DNA of 59,933 bases. It comes from an uncultured bacterium. GTDB taxonomy: Bacteria > Hydrothermota > Hydrothermia > LBFQ01. A program made the position numbers and the translations under genes. Below are positions 28,313 to 36,662 of this stretch, piece after piece. The notes beneath the pieces are model-generated. The model saw nothing but the letters and a program-made list of their open reading frames with translations, was not told the origin of the DNA and did no database searches. The stretch covers positions 1 through 59,933 of the forward strand of contig CAYYQD010000004.1 of NCBI GenBank assembly GCA_964473735.1, in the 5' to 3' direction. The first letter of the stretch is position 1. Every line of letters starts with the position of its first letter.

Positions 28313-29173
28313 ATGCGTATAGGAATCATAGGCGGTTCAGGTTTCTACAACATAGAGGGGTACGACATCCTTGACCGGAGGCACATACTGAAGACCCCGT
28401 GGGGAGAGCCCTCCGCCGACTACGTCATCGCTGGCAAGGACGGGTTTGAGTTCGTATTCTTAGCCCGCCATGGCAAGAACCACGATATACCTCCCCATCG
28501 CATACCCTATAGGGCCAATCTGTGGGGTTTCAGGCTCCTTGAGGTGGATAGGATATTCGCCATCTCCGCCGTGGGTGCCGTAAATCCGGACCTTGAAGTG
28601 GGGGACATAGTCATACCGGATCAGCTCCTTGACCTGACCCGAACCCGCGGCCAGATCTCCTACTACGAGGGGAGATTCACGCCGGATGGGGAGTTTGAAC
28701 ATCCGGGCAGGGGCAAGGACAGGGTGTATTACGCCCTAAAGGAAAAGAAGGTGGTTCATATAGACGTAACGGAGCCCTTTGATCCGCAGGGTAGGGAGGT
28801 GGCCTTTCAGGTCCTATCCGAAGCCGGTCTGAAGGTGATACCGAAGGGTACCTACGCTGCCATGGAGGGACCGAGGCTGGAGACGGCGGCGGAGATAAGG
28901 GCTCTCCGTATCTTAGGGGCGGATCTGGTGGGTATGACGGCCGTACCCGAGGCCTTCCTCGCGAGGGAGCTGGAGATGTGCTACACCCTAATAACGGTCG
29001 TCACCAACATGGCGGCGGGCATATCCCCCACCAAGCTAACCACAGAGGAGGTACTTCAGGTCTCCTCAAGTAGAAAGCAGAGGATAATTGACCTGATATA
29101 CGAAATAGCGAAGAGGCTACCCGAAGACCTACCACCGGAGTGCGGAGAAGCCCTAAAGGGCACGATGATGTAA
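28313..29173 (+). CDS. mtnP: S-methyl-5'-thioadenosine phosphorylase family protein
   Basis: GIIGGSG, RHG..H..PPH, EGPRLET.AE, VGMT, VTN. Confidence 0.88.
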   Translation: MRIGIIGGSGFYNIEGYDILDRRHILKTPWGEPSADYVIAGKDGFEFVFLARHGKNHDIPPHRIPYRANLWGFRLLEVDRIFAISAVGAVNPDLEVGDIVIPDQLLDLTRTRGQISYYEGRFTPDGEFEHPGRGKDRVYYALKEKKVVHIDVTEPFDPQGREVAFQVLSEAGLKVIPKGTYAAMEGPRLETAAEIRALRILGADLVGMTAVPEAFLARELEMCYTLITVVTNMAAGISPTKLTTEEVLQVSSSRKQRIIDLIYEIAKRLPEDLPPECGEALKGTMM

Positions 29174-29216
29174 CCTACGGCGGGGTTGCACGACGGACCG
29201 ATAGGGTATCCCCGGG

Positions 29217-29254
29217 GGTATCACTTTGGGTACAAAACCTGAGGAAGTGGTACT
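29217..29254 (+). repeat. 38-bp palindromic intergenic element, copy C
   Basis: GGTATCACTTTGGGTACAAAACCTGAGGAAGTGGTACT; lies between convergent mtnP and sod. Confidence 0.8.
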
Positions 29255-29287
29255 GTAGGTAATACCTGTACTAAAGATGCGGAACAT

Positions 29288-29314
29288 AAAAAAACCCCGC
29301 CAGAGGGCGGGGTT
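29288..29314 (-). terminator. Intrinsic terminator of sod
   Basis: Stem AACCCCGCC-agag-GGCGGGGTT; the A-run on + gives a U-tract on the minus strand, just downstream of the sod stop. Confidence 0.88.
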
Positions 29315-29335
29315 CAACGCAGGCGTACCCTGAAC

Positions 29336-29965
29336 TTAGCCTATGGCCTCTTTGTAAAGCCTCTCCACCTCCTCCCAGTTCACCACGTTCCACCAGTTCT
29401 TGACGTAGTCCCCGCGACGGTTCTGGTACCTTAGGTAGTACGCGTGCTCCCAAACGTCCAGACCCAGTACGGGCGTACCGGTGAAGCCGGAGATGTCCTC
29501 TGGCATCAAGGGGTTATCCTGATTGGCCGTGGAGCCTATGAGGAGCTTCCCGTCCTTCACCACGAGCCATGCCCATCCGGAGCCGAACCTCCCCAAAGCG
29601 GCCTTACTGAACTCCTCCTTAAAGGCCTCAAATCTCCCGAAGGTATCCTCTATGGCCTTCAGGAGCTCCCCCTTGGGCTTGCCACCACCGTTGGGGGACA
29701 TGACCCTCCAGAAGAGGGAGTGGTTGTAGTGGCCTCCACCGTTGTTCCTTACGGCCGTCCTTATGTCCTCAGGCACCTCGTGGAGCTTGCTCAACAGGTC
29801 TTCAAGGCTCCACTCCTGAAGCTCGGGGTGCTTCTCCACAGCGGCGTTCAGCTTCTTCACGTAGCCACCGTGGTGCTTGTTGTAGTGTATCCACATGGTG
29901 GCCACGTCCACGTAAGGCTCAAGGGCGTCGTACCCGTAAGGTAGATCCGGCAGCTTGAACTTCAT
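29336..29965 (-). CDS. sodA: Mn/Fe superoxide dismutase
   Basis: [34 protein letters not shown]. Confidence 0.97.
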   Translation of the reverse strand: MKFKLPDLPYGYDALEPYVDVATMWIHYNKHHGGYVKKLNAAVEKHPELQEWSLEDLLSKLHEVPEDIRTAVRNNGGGHYNHSLFWRVMSPNGGGKPKGELLKAIEDTFGRFEAFKEEFSKAALGRFGSGWAWLVVKDGKLLIGSTANQDNPLMPEDISGFTGTPVLGLDVWEHAYYLRYQNRRGDYVKNWWNVVNWEEVERLYKEAIG

Positions 29966-29971
29966 GCTCTT

Positions 29972-30009
29972 ACCTCCTTTTTATCCTGACCGATGAGGTA
30001 AGGATTATA
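29972..30009 (-). promoter_or_regulatory. Leadered sod promoter: -10 TATAAT and strong Shine-Dalgarno AGGAGGT
   Basis: TATAAT at 30009-30004; AGGAGGT at 29978-29972, 6 nt before ATG. Confidence 0.7.
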
Positions 30010-30033
30010 CGGGTGAAATCGGAGACGTTGGGG

Positions 30034-30402
30034 CTACCCCCCGTAGGTGTGGGGGTCGTACGTTGTCTTAAAACGCTCCACCTCGTCCGATAGGGTCTTG
30101 AGTACGTACGTTAAGACGGCAGCATCATCTACGTACCCGATAAAGGGAAGGAAGTCCATTATAGCATCTGTCGGAACTACGAAGTACAGGAGGGCGGCCG
30201 CGAGGGTGAATAGGGTTTTGCGGCTCATCCTGTACCTCCCTTTCACGCTCTCTTTCACCATCGCCGCTATGAGGAGGACGTCCTCTACCACACCTCTGGG
30301 CCCTCCACTCCTAACCTTCCCCTCCACGGCATCCATTATCCTCATCACATCCCCCATTCCCTTTACCCGCGAGAGAGCCATCCTTAGAAGTACCCTACCC
30401 AC
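30034..30402 (-). CDS. YkvA/DUF1232 family protein
   Basis: ALLYFVVPTDAIMDFLPFIGYVDD. Confidence 0.9.
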   Translation of the reverse strand: MGRVLLRMALSRVKGMGDVMRIMDAVEGKVRSGGPRGVVEDVLLIAAMVKESVKGRYRMSRKTLFTLAAALLYFVVPTDAIMDFLPFIGYVDDAAVLTYVLKTLSDEVERFKTTYDPHTYGG

Positions 30403-30469
30403 TTTTTTATTTTAAGGCCGTCTTCCCGGCTATGACGTCCCGTCTCCCTCGGTCGTATAATAGTCGCCT

Positions 30470-32584
30470 ATGAGAAGGACTACGGCTCTGGCGGTTTTAA
30501 TGTTGGCCGCTGGATTTACTTCGTGTGCCAAGCGCGTCCCGGAGGACGCTTACATTTCGGATCCCAACCTACAGGCGGGGCTCTTCGCGGAGCTCAGAGG
30601 GGACTACACTACGGCGGAGAAGGTGTTTAAGTCCTCTCCCGACAGGTACTGGGGAGGTCTCCTCCTCTCCGACCTCTACTTCTACCGCAAGAGGGACTAC
30701 AAGCGGGCCCTTTCGGAGGTGGAGAAGGTTGAGAAGACGGTGAATAAGAAGTCTCCCAAGGCCGAGAACGTACTCTACCGCAAAGGACTGATCCTCCAGA
30801 GTATGGGGAGGTACCGTGAGGCCGGAAAGGTATTTGAGTACGTCGCCGTTAACTTCCCCGATGGCCATTACTTTGAGGACGCCACCGAGGCCGTGGAGGA
30901 GATGTTCCGCAGGAACTTCCCGGAGACCCTCGCCGTATACGACGGTGGGTACGTCAGCTCCATGATGCTGGAGTGGGCTCTGGAGAAGATCCCTCCCTTC
31001 CAGAGGAGCCGGTTTGACAACCCCGAGGGACGTAAGAACCTCGTGGAGAGGATAGCCATAGAGCAGGTGGCCCTCAAGGAGGCCGAGGCCATGCACCTTG
31101 ACACCACGAAGGAGGTACGGGAGAAGCTGGAGGTGGAGAGAAAGTCCGCCCTCCGTCAGGCCTACTACCAGTACGGCATAAAGGCCAAGGCTAAGGCCAC
31201 GGAAAAGGAGCTGAAGGCTTACTACAACGCCCACAAAAGTGACTACAGGGAGCCCGCCCGCATAGACATCGTCAGGGTAGGGGTTAAGGACAGCGCCAAG
31301 GCCTACGAGATACTGAAGGCCGTGAAGGGTGGAGCGAAGATAGACTCCATAGCGAGGGACACCACCATAAACGTGTTTAAGCGCGAGGCCCAGAGGGGTG
31401 GGAAGCGGGTAATATACGACACCTACGAGGCGTACAAGGGACTCTTTAAAGAGGCCTTCAAGCACGACACGGGCGACGTCTTCGTATATCACGAGGACAC
31501 GCTCTGGATGGTCGTCAAACTACTTGACAAGAAGCCCGAAAGGTACAAGAGCTACGACGAGGTCAAGAACATAGTTAAGAACGCAGTTGAGGGGAAGAAG
31601 GAGAGGGAGCTATACCAGAAGGACAGGGAGAGGTTGAGGGAGTTCTACGGTGTAAAGATCTTCATAAAGGCCGAAAAGGACACCAGCAAAAAGGCGGAGA
31701 GTATGGAGCCCGAAGGTGAGGAGGGCCCGGAGGTCGGAGCCTTTGACCGGCTGGAGAAGGAGCTACCCGATACCGTGGCCGTCATTGAGAGGCTGGGGAA
31801 GGTCATAACGGACAGGGATCTAATAAACCGCATCATGAAGCTCCCAAGGAGGTACCAGAACCTCTACACCACGCCGTCCGGAGCCCGGGAGTTCCTTGAA
31901 AACGCAGTACTGCCCGAGATACTTGAGGTGGCGGACGCCGAGCTCCACAGGTACTACCTCCATTACCCGATATACTCCCGTATGAGGCAGGCTTACAAGG
32001 ACGCCATGCTCATGGCCCTCTACAAGAAGCTGGTGAAGGATAAGGTGAAGGTGAGCGACGAAGAGGTCCAGAAGTACTACGAGGACCACAAAGACAACTA
32101 CAGGGAGGAGGGAAAGGTAAAGGTCCAGAGGATCGTCGTGAAGGACCGTAAGACGGCCTACAGGCTCCTATCCCAGATCCGCCGGAAGAAGGTCAATCCC
32201 GACTCCATCGCCCGGAAGATGACGGACATAAGGTCCGAGAGGGCGATGGTGGGGTACGTGTTCGTGAGCGCCTCCTCCGAGCCCGACTTCTACAGGAGGG
32301 CCATGAGGTCCCCTATGAAGAGGTGGAGGGTCACCCGACTCAAGGACGGACGCTGGGCCGTGTACAGGGTCCTGATGAAGAAGAAGCCGAGGGTTAAACC
32401 TCTGGACGAGGTGGCGGATATGATCCATCAGGAGCTCTCCTACAACAAGGAGAAGGAGCTGTACGAGAAGGCCCTGGACTACCTTAAGAAGAAGTACCAC
32501 ATTAAGGTCTTTGAGGACAGGATAGAGGCCTCCTTCAATAAAAAAGATGAGAGGAAGGAGGGTGGAAATAAAGAGAAGAAGTGA
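30470..32584 (+). CDS. Lipoprotein foldase: TPR domain plus two PrsA/PpiC-like modules
   Basis: Lipobox FTSC; TPR-like LYRKG..Y.EA..F; duplicated (E.E...YY..HK..YRE ... K...EVK) modules. Confidence 0.75.
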   Translation: MRRTTALAVLMLAAGFTSCAKRVPEDAYISDPNLQAGLFAELRGDYTTAEKVFKSSPDRYWGGLLLSDLYFYRKRDYKRALSEVEKVEKTVNKKSPKAENVLYRKGLILQSMGRYREAGKVFEYVAVNFPDGHYFEDATEAVEEMFRRNFPETLAVYDGGYVSSMMLEWALEKIPPFQRSRFDNPEGRKNLVERIAIEQVALKEAEAMHLDTTKEVREKLEVERKSALRQAYYQYGIKAKAKATEKELKAYYNAHKSDYREPARIDIVRVGVKDSAKAYEILKAVKGGAKIDSIARDTTINVFKREAQRGGKRVIYDTYEAYKGLFKEAFKHDTGDVFVYHEDTLWMVVKLLDKKPERYKSYDEVKNIVKNAVEGKKERELYQKDRERLREFYGVKIFIKAEKDTSKKAESMEPEGEEGPEVGAFDRLEKELPDTVAVIERLGKVITDRDLINRIMKLPRRYQNLYTTPSGAREFLENAVLPEILEVADAELHRYYLHYPIYSRMRQAYKDAMLMALYKKLVKDKVKVSDEEVQKYYEDHKDNYREEGKVKVQRIVVKDRKTAYRLLSQIRRKKVNPDSIARKMTDIRSERAMVGYVFVSASSEPDFYRRAMRSPMKRWRVTRLKDGRWAVYRVLMKKKPRVKPLDEVADMIHQELSYNKEKELYEKALDYLKKKYHIKVFEDRIEASFNKKDERKEGGNKEKK

Positions 32585-33537
32585 TGCGTGAGGACGACCT
32601 AATAAGGCGACTGACGGAGCGTTTTGGGGCCCCCCACCCTCGTGTAAAGGTGGGGGTGGGGGACGACTGCTCCGTTATAAAACAGAACCCCGGTAAGGAC
32701 CTCCTCGTAAGCGTTGATACCTCCGTTGAAGGGGTACATTTCAACTTTGACCTGCTTAAACCCGAGGAGGTGGGGTACCGGGGGTTAGCCGGGGCCCTAT
32801 CGGACATAGCCGCTATGGGAGGAGAACCCTTAGCTTTCCTGCTCAACGTCCAGACACCGAGGGATTATCTGGAAAGGCTCACGAAGATATACGAAGGGTT
32901 TCTACCGCTTAGCGACAGGTTCTGCGTACCCCTGGTGGGGGGGAACGTGAGCCGGGGCAGGGACCTCGCCCTGACCTTCGTGGTGCTGGGGGAGGTATCC
33001 CGTAAGGGCAAGTGGTTGAGGAGTGGGGCCGACGACGGGGACGTTCTCTTCATCACGGGGGACGTGGGCAGGGTGAAGGCGTTCTTTATGGCCGCGAAGC
33101 TCTCGCCCAAGGGAAACGAGTGGTGGTACGTCAGGGCGAGGGAGAAGTTCGCCAAACCCACGCCCCGCATTGAGGAGGCCCAGAGGTTGAGGGCGGAGGG
33201 GGTTGAGGTCACGGCCGCCATTGACGTCTCCGACGGCCTATCTACGGACGCCTACCGGCTCGCTATGGCATCGGAAGTTAAGATAGTGCTGGATACGGAG
33301 GCCATACCCGTGGACGATTCCGTAAGGTACGTGGCTGAGAACCTGAACAGGGACCCCCTTGAGATAGCCTTAGGAAGCGGCGAGGAGTACGAGCTGCTAT
33401 TTACCGTACGAAAGGAGTGGGAGGACACGGTAAAGTCTATGGGTTTCATCAGGATAGGGCACGTGGAGCTGGGGCCGGAGGGTGTATACGACGAGAGGGG
33501 GAACGAGATAGTCCCTTCAGGGTGGCAGCACTTTTAG
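32584..33537 (+). CDS. thiL: Thiamine-monophosphate kinase
   Basis: GVGDDC, EGVHF, LSDIAAMGG, DVSDGL, GEEYELLFT, GWQHF. Confidence 0.93.
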   Translation: MREDDLIRRLTERFGAPHPRVKVGVGDDCSVIKQNPGKDLLVSVDTSVEGVHFNFDLLKPEEVGYRGLAGALSDIAAMGGEPLAFLLNVQTPRDYLERLTKIYEGFLPLSDRFCVPLVGGNVSRGRDLALTFVVLGEVSRKGKWLRSGADDGDVLFITGDVGRVKAFFMAAKLSPKGNEWWYVRAREKFAKPTPRIEEAQRLRAEGVEVTAAIDVSDGLSTDAYRLAMASEVKIVLDTEAIPVDDSVRYVAENLNRDPLEIALGSGEEYELLFTVRKEWEDTVKSMGFIRIGHVELGPEGVYDERGNEIVPSGWQHF

Positions 33538-34667
33538 ACCTCAACGAACTCCACGGTGGTATCCACCTTTCCCCAATATACGATCTCGTCGGGGGTGTAA
33601 TCCATTACGAACATGAGGGCGCGGGCACCCGGTTCTATCCGCCCGACACTCCCCAGAGATAGGGAATCCGCGGCGGCGGACGTATGAAAGGCGAAGGCCT
33701 CCTCCGGGGTGATACCGTACCCGAATACCGCCAGCGTGATGGTCAGGAAGGGGTTGAGGAACGGTGCCGTTCCCGGGTTGTGGTCCGAAGAGAGGGCGAC
33801 CCTCACCCCGTAGTCCCGTAAGAGGTCGTAGGGGGCGAACCCCTCCCTAAGGAAGAAACCCGTAACTGGACACAGGACCGCCATCGTACCGCTTAGCGAT
33901 AGGACCTTTACGTTCTCCTCCGTCGTATGTATCAGATGCTCCGCCGACACGCACCCGTACCTAACGGCCAGCTTGGAGGCGAAGGGCTTGAACTCGTCGG
34001 CGTGCAACCTGCAGGGTACCCCCTTACTCCGGTAGAAGGAGAGTATCATCTCCGTCTCCTCCGGACCGAAGGCCCCCTCATCGGCGAACACGTCCACGAA
34101 CTTCAACAGATGGGCGTACTCTTCGTACCTCTCAAAGAACTCCCTGAGGTACTCCTTTACGTTCCCCTCCTCGGGTGGGACGTGAAAGAGCAGGGTCGGT
34201 ATCACTACGACGTCCGTCTTTATGGCCACCTCGTTTATCAGCTTGAGAAGGCGTATCTCCTGTTCGTAAGAGACCCCGTACCCCGTTTTAATCTCCACGA
34301 CCCCCACACCTCTGCGCTTCAGCTCGGCTATCCTTGATAGGGTTAAGGACACCAGCTCCTCGTCCGACGCCTCCACCGTGGCCTTCACCGTGGACCTGAT
34401 CCCTCCCCCCTCCTTCAGAATGTCAAGGTAGGATGCCCCGGATAGCCTCATTCCCAGCTCAAACACCCTATCCCCGGCGTATATGAGGTGGGTGTGAGCA
34501 TCCACGATGGCGGGATATAGGACCTTACCTTCCAGGATGATGTACTCGTCCCCCTTCAGATTCTCCCCTATCTCAACCACCTTACCGAACTCCACGGCCA
34601 CGTCAAGGCCGTTCCGGAGGGTGTAGCCGTCAAAGACGGCCCGCATCCCCTTTAGAACTGTACGCAT
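33534..34667 (-). CDS. hutI: Imidazolonepropionase
   Basis: DAHTHLIYAGDR, SYLDI..GGGI.ST, EIKTGYG, HADE, SAEHL, DHNPG. Confidence 0.9.
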   Translation of the reverse strand: MRTVLKGMRAVFDGYTLRNGLDVAVEFGKVVEIGENLKGDEYIILEGKVLYPAIVDAHTHLIYAGDRVFELGMRLSGASYLDILKEGGGIRSTVKATVEASDEELVSLTLSRIAELKRRGVGVVEIKTGYGVSYEQEIRLLKLINEVAIKTDVVVIPTLLFHVPPEEGNVKEYLREFFERYEEYAHLLKFVDVFADEGAFGPEETEMILSFYRSKGVPCRLHADEFKPFASKLAVRYGCVSAEHLIHTTEENVKVLSLSGTMAVLCPVTGFFLREGFAPYDLLRDYGVRVALSSDHNPGTAPFLNPFLTITLAVFGYGITPEEAFAFHTSAAADSLSLGSVGRIEPGARALMFVMDYTPDEIVYWGKVDTTVEFVEV

Positions 34668-34673
34668 CCCGTT

Positions 34674-34709
34674 AGTATAACGGTGTTGGCAGATGTCAAG
34701 CCGTATAAT
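34674..34709. promoter_or_regulatory. Divergent leaderless -10 elements (hutI / glmL-like)
   Basis: TATACT (minus, 34679-34674) and TATAAT (plus, 34704-34709). Confidence 0.65.
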
Positions 34710-34718
34710 ACCGTCCCG

Positions 34719-36548
34719 ATGCCGAACAGGTACATAGCAACGGACTGCGGTAGTACGACCACTAAGGCCATAATGGTGGAGAGGAAGGAAGAAGGATGGC
34801 GTCTAATCGCCAGAGGTGAGGCGCCCACGACCGTAGAGAAGCCCTTTGAGGACGTTACCATAGGGGTGAGGAACGCCGTCAGGGAGCTGGAGGAGATAAC
34901 CGGTATAAGGCTTTTGGACGACGAAGGGAACATCATTAAGATGGATGAGCCGACGGAGAGGGAGGGGACGAACATATACGTATCCACCTCTTCGGCCGGC
35001 GGAGGACTTCAGATGCTGGTGGTGGGAGTAGTGAAGAACATGACGGCGGAGTCGGCCGCCCGCGCCGCTCTGGGTGCCGGGGCCATAGTGATGGAGGTAA
35101 TATCCGTAGATGACGGCAGGAAGCCCTACGAGAAGGTTGAGCTGATAAGAAGGCTGCGCCCAGATATGATACTGTTAGCCGGCGGAGTTGAAGGGGGGAC
35201 GGTTAAACACGTAGTGGAGCTGGCGGAGCTCATAGCGGCAGCCGACCCCAAGCCCCGCTTCGGCTCAACCTACAAGATGCCGGTAATATACGCGGGGAAC
35301 TCTCAGGCTCGCGAGGAGATAAAGAGGATTTTAGGGGATAAGGTCGCCCTCTACATCGTGGATAACATCCGACCCACCCTTGACACGGAGAACCTACATC
35401 CGGCCCGTGAGAAGATCCACGACCTCTTCCTTGAGCACGTTATGCAGCAGGCCCCGGGGTACTCCAAACTTATGAAGATGGTGGATGCCCCCATAGTACC
35501 CACCCCCGGAGCCGTGGGGATGCTCATAGAGAGGGTCGCGAGGAAGGAGCAGATAGAGGTGTTAGGTGTGGATATAGGCGGTGCTACAACCGACGTCTTC
35601 TCCGTATTCAGGAACTCCGAGGGGGAGCTCGTCTTCAACCGTACCGTATCCGCCAACTTAGGGATGAGCTACTCCATCTCCAACGTTATGGTTGAGGCCG
35701 GAATAGAGAACGTCCTGAGGTGGGTACCCTTCAAGATAAAGGAGTCCGACCTGAAGAACCGCATCCGCAACAAGATGATCCGCCCCACCACCATCCCCAT
35801 GACCATAGAGAGCCTGATAATTGAGCAGGCCATAGCGAGGGAGGCCCTGCGGCTCTCCCTTGAGCAGCACAAGATGTTCGCGACGGAGCTGAAGGGCGTC
35901 CAGAAGGGGGGCGATATAGCCAGAGCCATAGGAGGGGAGGAGGAGGAGACTCTGGTGGATATGATGGCCCTTGACCTGATAATAGGCTCCGGAGGGGTCC
36001 TGTCCCACGCTCCGCGCCGGGTCCAATCCACCCTGATGATGTTAGACGCCTTCCAGCCGGAGGGGGTTACCAAGCTGGCCGTTGACAGCATCTTTATGAT
36101 GCCCCACTTAGGCGTCATATCCACAATAGACGAGAAGGCAGCGTGGGAGGTGTTTGACAGGGACTGTCTCATACGCTTAGGTACGGCCATAGCCCCCAAA
36201 GTGGTGGCGAAGGAGGGGAAGCTAATTCTACGTGCCAAAATAGAGTATCCCGACGGCCACACCCAGCACCTTGACCTACACTTCGGTAAGATACACCGCA
36301 TTGACCTGCCCCTCGGCGTAAAGGCCAAGGTATATCTTGAACCCGTAAGAGGCGTAGACGTTGGCGAAGGCAGGGGCAAGAAGCTCGTAGCCGAGGTTGA
36401 GGGAGGAATAGTAGGCCTGATATTTGACGGCAGGGGGAGGCCCATACAGATACCGGAGGACGAACACAGCAGGGTGGAGAAGCTATTTGAGTGGTTTGAG
36501 GCCCTGCAGGTCTACCCCAACTTAGATAGGCTATCAAGGGCCGCTTAA
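34719..36548 (+). CDS. GlmL/MutL-family (glutamate mutase L) ASKHA ATPase
   Basis: TDCGSTTTKA, TSSAGGGL, YAGN, VDIGGATTDVFS, RTVSANLGM, GSGGVLSH; start at ATG 34719 after TATAAT. Confidence 0.85.
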   Translation: MPNRYIATDCGSTTTKAIMVERKEEGWRLIARGEAPTTVEKPFEDVTIGVRNAVRELEEITGIRLLDDEGNIIKMDEPTEREGTNIYVSTSSAGGGLQMLVVGVVKNMTAESAARAALGAGAIVMEVISVDDGRKPYEKVELIRRLRPDMILLAGGVEGGTVKHVVELAELIAAADPKPRFGSTYKMPVIYAGNSQAREEIKRILGDKVALYIVDNIRPTLDTENLHPAREKIHDLFLEHVMQQAPGYSKLMKMVDAPIVPTPGAVGMLIERVARKEQIEVLGVDIGGATTDVFSVFRNSEGELVFNRTVSANLGMSYSISNVMVEAGIENVLRWVPFKIKESDLKNRIRNKMIRPTTIPMTIESLIIEQAIAREALRLSLEQHKMFATELKGVQKGGDIARAIGGEEEETLVDMMALDLIIGSGGVLSHAPRRVQSTLMMLDAFQPEGVTKLAVDSIFMMPHLGVISTIDEKAAWEVFDRDCLIRLGTAIAPKVVAKEGKLILRAKIEYPDGHTQHLDLHFGKIHRIDLPLGVKAKVYLEPVRGVDVGEGRGKKLVAEVEGGIVGLIFDGRGRPIQIPEDEHSRVEKLFEWFEALQVYPNLDRLSRAA

Positions 36549-36565
36549 GGGTGGGCTACCCTTAA
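36545..36565. terminator. Perfect 8-bp inverted repeat over the glmL-like stop (possible terminator hairpin)
   Basis: TTAAGGGT-gggct-ACCCTTAA; no U-tract. Confidence 0.35.
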
Positions 36566-36662
36566 ATCCGAGTACGGGTACCTTCGCGCGGTGTTTGGGG
36601 TTAGCCCCCAAGGTCCCCCGTAAGTTAATTTTATGGGAACTTCCACGGTATAATTGCCACTT

